A stretch of DNA of 64,000 bases from the NCBI GenBank assembly GCA_950097015.1, contig CATNEN010000039.1:6448001-6512000 (forward strand). The letters are read 5' to 3'. A model generated the notes under the pieces. The model was not told the DNA's origin and searched no databases. It saw only the letters and a list, made by a program, of their open reading frames with translations. The DNA is from Macrostomum hystrix. Taxonomy: Eukaryota > Animalia > Platyhelminthes. The translations under genes were made by a program, and so were the position numbers. Below are positions 49,500 through 64,000 of the stretch, in pieces; the first letter of the stretch is position 1, and each line of letters opens with the position of its first letter.

Positions 49500-52400
49500 T
49501 TATAACTCCTCAAGCAGCACCTTGGTCAGGTAGGCCCGAATCTCTCGGCCGTCTCGGCGAAGTGACATCGCGGCGTGATAGGTACGAAATCGGCGCAGTT
49601 GGGTTCGAACCCCGGCCCGACGCAACCGGTCTGCGTACATGACAGCGTCATCGAGCAGTGGGTCAAATTCGCTGGCCAGAATGTGGGCCGGCGGCAGGTC
49701 CAGCTTGTCAAGATCGGCGCCTAGCAACGGGGAAACGCGAAAATCGGTTGCTATGGAAGCTGCGCGAGAGGCGACAGACTCGCTGATGACGGCGGCGGCG
49801 GCGGCGGCGTCAGCCACTGATGGCAGGAACTGCAACGGGGGAAAAAGTATATAATTCCGTGAAAAAGGCTCGGACGACGAGGGCTACGATCGTATTCAAG
49901 GCGAGGGCAAGGAATATATGTGTATCTATAACCCTCGTCAAGTAAAATTATGAATCATACCAATGACATAAAGTAAATTTTTCAAAAACTCAGTGCCTAC
50001 CTGTCCAGTGAGTTCCTCGTACGCGGCCCGTGCAGAGTCGGTCACGTGACCATTCAAACAAATCCATTTATAAGCGGCCGAGGATCCAGTCAGGTAGAGG
50101 CTGAAGTACCTGGGCAGATGCTCAATTTTTAATATCGGCGCGTCACTGTTAGCCAGCATGGAACTGGTTCTCAGGTTGAGCACCTGAGTTACCGGGTACA
50201 CCATCAGCTGCAGTTTCGGCCGGTGGGGGCTGCCCACACGGCGGAGCTGCTGGGTAACCGAGGCAGTCAGTTGACCGCCCGCGCTGTCGCCGGCCAAAGC
50301 GATCCTGCCGGCGTCCAGGCCGAGCGACCCGGCTTCGGCGAAGATGGCTAGCGTGGCCGACAGGCAGTCGTCGAAGGCGGCGGGAAACGGATGCTCTGGG
50401 GCTAGACGGTACCTGCCATAGTGAGAAGGAGCTCACATTGATATTTTGCTGCTTTTATTTGCACTTTATATTAACTAACTTTAAGGGTACTTGTACATCA
50501 GCATTCATTTTTTGTTTATGGGTAATCTTCCATAGACTGTACAGCTGTATATGTAACAAGAAGAAATAAACAGACAAGAGCAAATAGCCTGTAATGAGCT
50601 AACGAAAAGCTCGACTACGAAACTCTTAAAATTCAAAAGACCACGATACTCAGCTTCTCATAAGAAAATGGCGATGAGCTCAAGAGAATTCACCGAACCA
50701 CTAAAGCGCCGTGACGACCTAAATCGATGGCTTCTGCAGTTCGAGGCGATCGGATCCTGGCAACAAATTCCCGAGGAGGGTGGCAGACTGAAAATTGCAT
50801 TGCTGGCAATGATGGGCCCAGAGGAATTCAACATGGTAGCTGACGCAATAGTTCCATTGAAGCCAGCCGACAAGTCCCTGAACGATGTGAAAGAGATCAT
50901 CCTGGGACAGTTTCAGCCCAAGAAACTCCAGATTGCAGCCAAATTCCAGTTTCGCAAATCTCAGACAAGCTGATGATGACATTCCGACGTGCATGCGGAA
51001 ACTTCAGGCGGCAGCTGAGAACTGCAATTTTAGTTCCGAAACACAGATGCAAGATGGCAAACCGAAGGATCTTTCGGAGCTAGAAAGCCGACTTCGTGAT
51101 CAATTCGTATTTATGATTGCTAACCAAGATACACTGTGGAAGATGCTTACGGAAAATTTATGCGACCTTTCGCTTCAAATAGAGTCAAGCAATTGAAATC
51201 GAAAGCAGTCAAGAGGTCGCAGAAGAACCGGCAACCAGAACAGTGAAACTTGATTTGCAAGTTAGCTGGACGGGACAGGCACATGACCGAAAAGAAGATG
51301 GACAATGTGCAGCAGGATTCGCGAAATTCTCAGAGCTTTGTATATGCCGCGGAAAGAAAGGTCAGAAGGTCAGAAGCAGTACTGCAGCTTTTGAAAGGAA
51401 AGTTTGTCTGAAGTCAGTTCAGTTCATCTGGAGGCGGTGTGCCGTCACAAAAGCGATCAAATCATATTAGACTGATAGGTAACAGCGCTCAAGCTCCTCG
51501 AGACTCAGACTCAGGTGAATCCGATTAATATATATTTGCTGCTAGATTTCCACAACGAAATGCGTTCTTTGTCAGACTGAATGTTAACAACAGCCATCTG
51601 TTAATGTATTTTGACACTGCGAATGACATGACGCTGATTCGAGAAAGTGGTTTCAGAGCACTAATTACAAAGACCAATATCGAGTGGTGTTCTACTACTC
51701 TTAATGACTACAATAGGAACTTGATTGTAGTGCTCGGACCCATTGAAGTCGTATTGCAATTTTCGAGGTAAGCTTACTGTATATGTGGCTGAGTCAGCAC
51801 GTCAGAATATCCTCGGCAAGGACTGGATTCATGCGATCTTCCCGCATATAGCGAGCCAAATCGATCGTGTGTGTAATTTGGTTGCGAACTATGAAGCAAT
51901 TCTTAGTCTGAAGGAAGGTACGAGTACAAAGCCTGCATTTCTGAGGCCGACAGCTGACATAAATGTTATCGACAACACCAGCAATCGAATATATTTTGCA
52001 CGGACTTCAACAGTTCTGAGTTCTTCAGCATTCTGGACCTGATGAGTGCGTACCACCAGTTGCCTCTAGACAGCGAATCTGCCAAGCCCACAACGATTTG
52101 GACACCATTCGGTCTCTACCAATACAGAAAGAACATTTCCGTTCGGAATAAAGCAAAGTCCTGCCCTGTTTCGAAGCTACGAGTAAGATTCTCCATGGGC
52201 TTGAAGGCATTCAGAGTAACACTCGTATCAGGACGACGTCATCGTACACAGCATCTCGCACTGGCCACGACGCAGCGGTTCAAGCAGAAAAGTCGAGGCT
52301 TCATCAGAGCGTACTTCAGCCCAGCAGCATCTGAGACTACAGCAGCAACTGAGACTATCAGGTGACTAAGCCGCACATTCACACAGGAAGTTGTGCCCGA

Positions 52401-53898
52401 CACCATAGACTTAAATAATGGACCTCAGTTGGTGTCGCAATATCTCTCGCAGTGCAGGCTTGTTCGAACGCCGCCGTATCATCCTAAATCTAATGACATT
52501 GCTGGGAGATTCGTGATTCTATGATCTACAGGCCGATGTCGATCGTTTCCTCATCCAGTATCAGGAGTGGCTCCAGCACAGGTGATGAGAGGACGCTTAC
52601 TGAAGTCCCACTTGTGAAGCTGCAGCGAAATAACGTGTGGATTAGGAAGCGCGCCGACAAAGAAACGTTGTACGAGCCTGGGTTCATCAGCGAGACGTTT
52701 CCGGACTCTCAAGTGGTTGTCAAGGTGAGAACTGATGAAGGTATTGAGTCTACCGGACCAGAGTCAACGCAGTTAGCTGGAGATCCGAGAGACAAATCTG
52801 TGGAAAACACTGGATTTGCTGGTGCAGCGCAGCGCTATTGCCAAGTCCAGCGAAAGTCAATAATTGCAAGAGTCAAACTCAAGCAGGAATCCTAAATCGG
52901 CCAAAGCAGGTTCGCCAATCTGTTCAGAGAATCGAGTACAAAACCCTGAAAAGTCTAGGTAAGCCTGGTCGAGTGTTTATGGCTTTTATTCGCACTTTGT
53001 ATTGACTAGCTTTGAAGGGAATTCCCATCAGCGTTCATTTGTTGTTTACAGGTAATCGTCCGTAAACTGTACAGCTATGGCGGCTTTCAGCCTACGGCCA
53101 AAAAGTAGTTCATTGGTTTATAAGGAATAAACGGTTCACAAGAGGTCCCAATCTATTCTATAGGAACTAGGAATTTATTATTAAATGAATCTAAATTATT
53201 ATATATTCCAGTTGGAGAGCTAACAAAATAAAGATAGCAAATTTATTCAATCAGAGCTACAACTGCGCGCACCTGACCGCATAGATGGTGACTCCGGTCT
53301 TCTCAGCCAACTCGGCGTAGACCTCGCTGAACATCTCCGGCGAGCCGACCGCCCAGCCGCCGCCGTGGAAGTAGATCAGCGCCGCGCCGCTGCGTCGAGC
53401 TGGAGTTGTTACCAGAGTGTTGGAGTCGGCGAAGCGTCGATAAGTGAAGACGGCGCTGCTAGTGTTTCGCGGCGGCGGCAGCAGGAGGCCGAAGAGCAGG
53501 CGGCGAACAACCTCGGACTCGGCGAGGCCAACGCTCTCCGTGAACTTTCCCTTAGTTTAGAGACGGAGTTCGCATGAACTTTTTAGCGGAGTGATAGAAC
53601 TTAAAAGTACACGAGCCTTAGTTTCAAGAGAAAAAAGTTGTTCTTTTGTTAAACAAAAACAGCAATTAAAAGTACAAAAACACTAATAATAGTACATAAA
53701 AACATGCTTGAAACTGAAAATAATCTATAACAAGGCCATTGAATACAAATAGCTCCCTACCACAGCGTGCAGAACTCGCATGACAGAATGGCCAAATGAT
53801 AGAAAAGCCCAATCTTGAACATAGTCCGGCATCGGCTCGTACACCGAGTAAGCCAGCAGGCCGAATAAAACCGTCCCGGTGAGTAGTATGAAGCGCAT
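49500..53898 (-). CDS. Arylacetamide deacetylase / NCEH1-like HSL-family carboxylesterase, paralog A (~385 aa)
   Basis: Exons 53898-53761 (MRFILLTGTVLFGLLAYSVYEPMP...), 53550-53273 (IYFHGGGW), 50412-50001 (YRLAPEHPFPAAFDDC, AGDSAGG), 49829-49500 (EFDPLLDD, TYH). Total 1158 nt; same intron positions as paralog B. Confidence 0.92.
50451..53078 (+). mobile_element. Decayed Ty3/Gypsy LTR retrotransposon (Mag-like), antisense in intron 2 of esterase A
   Basis: PBS-like TGGCGATGAG at ~50669; gag (KPADKS...AAKFQF, AENCNF, LRDQFV); degenerate protease (YFDTA); RT (ILDLMSAYHQLPL..ES...TT..TPFGLYQY); integrase (NGPQL, TPPYHPKSN). About 97-bp imperfect direct repeats at 50451-50548 and 52982-53078. Many frameshifts and deletions. 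Confidence 0.85.
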
Positions 53899-54059
53899 AT
53901 TGGCAATCGATTGCTAAAATTTAGAAAGTTAGCAGAAACTGTGTCATTTTTATACAGCAAGCATTTATTTACACTTTTTTTATAAAATAAACAAACAAGT
54001 CAATGAGGTTTCACTGCTTTACGGCTTCTTATTAAAGGTGTAAAATAGCTTTGATTATA

Positions 54060-56430
54060 CCTAAACACCCCATAAACATATTTAACTTGGCCGAAGCACT
54101 CCAAAAACACCCTTAGCATTCTTAACCCACCCCTATAAATATTCTTAGTCTAACAAAACCATCTATGAACATCCTGAGTCTAAAAACCATAAATAAACAT
54201 CCTTAGCCTTGCAATACCATTTATAAACATCCTTAGCCTTGCAATACCATTTATAAACATCCTTAGCCTTGCAATACCATTTATAAACATCCTTAGCCTT
54301 GCAATACCATTTATAAACATCCTTAGCCTTGTAAAACACCAATAAACAACCTAGCCTTTTAAAACACCGATAAATATCCTTAGCCTTCAAAATCACAAAT
54401 AAACATACTTAGCCAGGCATTCGATAAACATCCTTAGCCTTGCAAACACCCTATAAACATCATTAGCCTTGTAAAACGCCGATAAAACAACCTTAGCCTT
54501 GCACTCCATAAACATCCTTAGCCTTGCTCTCGATAAACATCCTTAGCCTTGCACTCGATAAACATCCTTAGCCTTGCACTCGATAAACATCCTTAGCCTT
54601 GCACTCGATAAACATCCTTAGGCTTGCTCTCGATAAACATCCTTAGCCTTGCTCTCGATAAACATCCTTAGCCTTCTAAAATACCTATAAAAATCCTTGG
54701 CCTTCTAAAACACCAATAAAGAACCTCAGCCTTGTAAAACGCCGAAAAAAATCCTTAGCCTTGTAAAACGCCGATAAACATCCTTAGCCTTGTAAAACGC
54801 CGATAAACATCCTTAGCGTTGCACTCGATAAACATCCTTAGCCTTGCAAACACCCTATAAACATCATTAGCCTTGTAAAACGCCGATAAAACAACCTTAG
54901 CCTTGCACTCCATAAACATCCTTAGCCTTGCTCTCGATAAACATCCTTAGCCTTGCACTCGATAAACATCCTTAGCCTTGCACTCGATAAACATCCTTAG
55001 CCTTGCACTCGATAAACATCCTTAGGCTTGCTCTCGATAAACATCCTTAGCCTTGCTCTCGATAAACATCCTTAGCCTTGCACTCGATAAACATCCTTAG
55101 CCTTGCACTCGATAAACATCCTTAGCCTTGCACTCGATAAACATCCTTAGCCTTGCACTCGATAAACATCCTTAGCCTTGCTCTCCATAAACATCCTTAG
55201 CCTTGCTCTCCATAAACATCCTTAGCCTTGCACTCGATAAACATCCTTAGCCTTGCACTCGATAAACATCCTTAGCCTTGCACTCGATAAACATCCTTAG
55301 CCTTGCTCTCGATAAACATCCTTAGCCTTGCTCTCGATAAACATCCTTAGCCTTGCACTCGATAAACATCCTTAGCCTTGCTCTCCATAAACATCCTTAG
55401 CCTTGCACTCGATAAACATCCTTAGCCTTGCTCTCCATAAACATCCTTAGCCTTGCACTCGATAAACATCCTTAGCCTTGCTCTCCATAAACATCCTTAG
55501 CCTTGCTCTCGATAAACATCCTTAGCCTTGCACTCGATAAACATCCTTAGCCTTGCACTCGATAAACATCCTTAGCCTTGCACTCGATAAACATCCTTAG
55601 CCTTGCACTCGATAAACATCCTTAGCCTTGCTCTCCATAAACATCCTTAGCCTTGCTCTCGATAAACATCCTTAGCCTTGCAAACACCCTATAAACATCC
55701 TTAGCCTTGTAAAACGCCGATAAAACAACCTTAGCCGTGCACTGGGTAAACATCCTTAGCCTTGCTCTCGATAAACATCCTTAGCCTTGCTCTCGATAAA
55801 CATCCTTAGCCTTGCACTCGATAAACATCCTTAGCCTTGCACTCGATAAACATCCTTAGCCTTGCTCTCCATAAACATCCTTAGCCTTGCTCTCGATAAA
55901 CATCCTTAGCCTTGCTCTCGATAAACATCCTTAGCCTTGCAAACACCCTATAAACATCCTTAGCCTTGCAAACACCCTATAAACATCCTTAGCCTTGCAC
56001 TCGATAAACATCCTTAGCCTTGCTCTCGATAAACATCCTTAGCCTTGCACTCGATAAACATCCTTAGCCTTGCACTCGATAAACATCCTTAGCCTTGCAC
56101 TCGATAAACATCCTTAGCCTTGCTCTCGATAAACATCCTTAGCCTTGCACTCGATAAACATCCTTAGCCTTGCACTCGATAAACATCCTTAGCCTTGCAC
56201 TCGATAAACATCCTTAGCCTTGCACTCGATAAACATCCTTAGCCTTGCACTCGATAAACATCCTTAGCCTTGCACTCGATAAACATCCTAAGCCTTGCTC
56301 TCGATAAACATCCTTAGCCTTGCTCTCGATAAACATCCTTAGCCTTGCTCTCGATAAACATCCTTAGCCTTGCTCTCGATAAACATCCTTAGCCTTGCAA
56401 ACACCCTATAAACATCCTATAAACACCCTA
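54060..56430. repeat. 25/30-bp satellite (gataaacatccttagccttgc[a/t]ctc)n
   Basis: About 2.4-kb array between CARM1 and esterase A, with 30-bp variants at the edges and interspersed. Confidence 0.95.
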
Positions 56431-57289
56431 TAAACAAACTCAAGAGCAATAAGGCAATTTACCAGTCTCAGTAAAACCGTCCCTCTGAATTTTTATAGTG
56501 TGCCAGACTTTAGGGCATTTTTATCAAATATACTAAGAATGAATGGCTCAATAAAAATGACACCACAATCCGTGACTTTTCTTAACACTTGCTTGTTTCG
56601 ACTTGAATCAAAAAAGAAAGAGGAAAAAGTAAGAGTTTGTCTCAAATTTTAAATTCCAATTAATTTGAGAGCATTGCCTTGAAATTAATTAAACAGACAA
56701 TAAATCAGTTTAATAATATATTTAAATTGTTTCATTATACCAGCTGTAATTGGACAGACTCACTTAACAACAGCGAAGCAGCCGTCTAATTGATAGTATT
56801 TACTATACCTGTGACAGAAGCTGCAATCAAAGTGCAAATAGAATGAAAAAAAACATTTAGTCATGCTGGGAGCCATTAGTGCAATCCTAAGCCGGATCAT
56901 TGGACAGAGCTAGGCCGGGCATCTTAGCTACCTTAAATGCCATTGAGATGCATCATCGCTATCAAGCATCGGCAGAATTTAGTGCTAAGAGAATTTAGAT
57001 TAACATATTTATTAACGGTAAACTGGCATAGGCGAGTCACATTAAACAACTGACTGAATGACAAGCTAAACAACTAGTTTAGCCCTAACAGAAAACTATT
57101 TATGCAGGTAATCATTAGCTTGTCAAGCTGAAGAAACTAAATAGAAATTGCAAACAGTTTCACCGATAGGCAACAAGGAGGCGACGTGAAAACAAGCAAA
57201 ATAGGGGACAGAAGGCGGAGCCGAAACGGTTAGCAGAACAAAGACCAGGGGATTACTTTGAATACCCGCATTTAGTTGGCTACAATGTT

Positions 57290-57592
57290 GTCTTTCCCCA
57301 GGGGGGAGGGGGAAATAGCGTGGTCTTTCCCCAGGGGGGAGGGGGAAATAGCGTGGTCTTTCCCCAGGGGGGAGGGGGAAATAGCGTGGTCTTTACCCAG
57401 GGGGAGGGGGAAATAGCGTGGTCTTTCCCCAGGGGGAGGGGGAAATAGCGTGGTCTTTCCCCAGGGGGAGGGGGAAATAGCGTGGTCTTTCCCCAGGGGG
57501 GAGGGGGAAATAGCGTGGTCTTTCCCCCAGGGGGGAGGGGGAAATAGCGTGGTCTTTCCCTAGGGGGGAGGTGGAAACAGCGTGGTCTTTCT
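57290..57592. repeat. ~33-bp G-run minisatellite (tagcgtggtctttccccaggggggagggggaaa)n
   Basis: About 9 units beginning ~4 nt after the CARM1 stop codon. Confidence 0.9.
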
Positions 57593-57596
57593 CTAG

Positions 57597-64000
<6,404 letters not shown>

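Overview
Eukaryotic (animal) genomic DNA: GC-rich exons separated by AT-rich, minisatellite-laden introns. This texture suggests a free-living flatworm such as Macrostomum, which is an inference and was not verified. I hand-spliced ten intron-containing genes, nine of them on the minus strand. In order: an unknown gene running off the left edge, V-ATPase proteolipid subunit c, a syndecan-tailed membrane protein with a thyroglobulin type-1 plus SEA ectodomain, a GT32 DXD glycosyltransferase, an RGK GTPase, a 5'-incomplete CNBD2-like gene (+ strand), PSMD9, two tandem AADAC/NCEH1-like esterases, and CARM1 running off the right edge. Mobile DNA includes a decayed RTE-like LINE, a decayed Ty3/Gypsy element, a 5'-truncated LINE with a 14-bp TSD, two tRNA-derived SINE families, a hAT MITE with an 8-bp TSD and a second TIR element. 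About 26 tandem arrays with different units make up roughly 29% of the window and explain most of the long repetitive ORFs. Main leads: (1) PSMD9 has no in-frame ATG, and five other genes have a YAG acceptor exactly 6 or 15 nt before the ATG, as expected if an AUG-ending spliced leader is trans-spliced in frame, possibly within operons; (2) an EpCAM-like TY+SEA ectodomain is joined to a syndecan-like tail; (3) a SINE and a LINE share a structurally conserved 3' stem-loop; (4) two satellites with mutually inverted cores bracket the last two exons of the CNBD gene.
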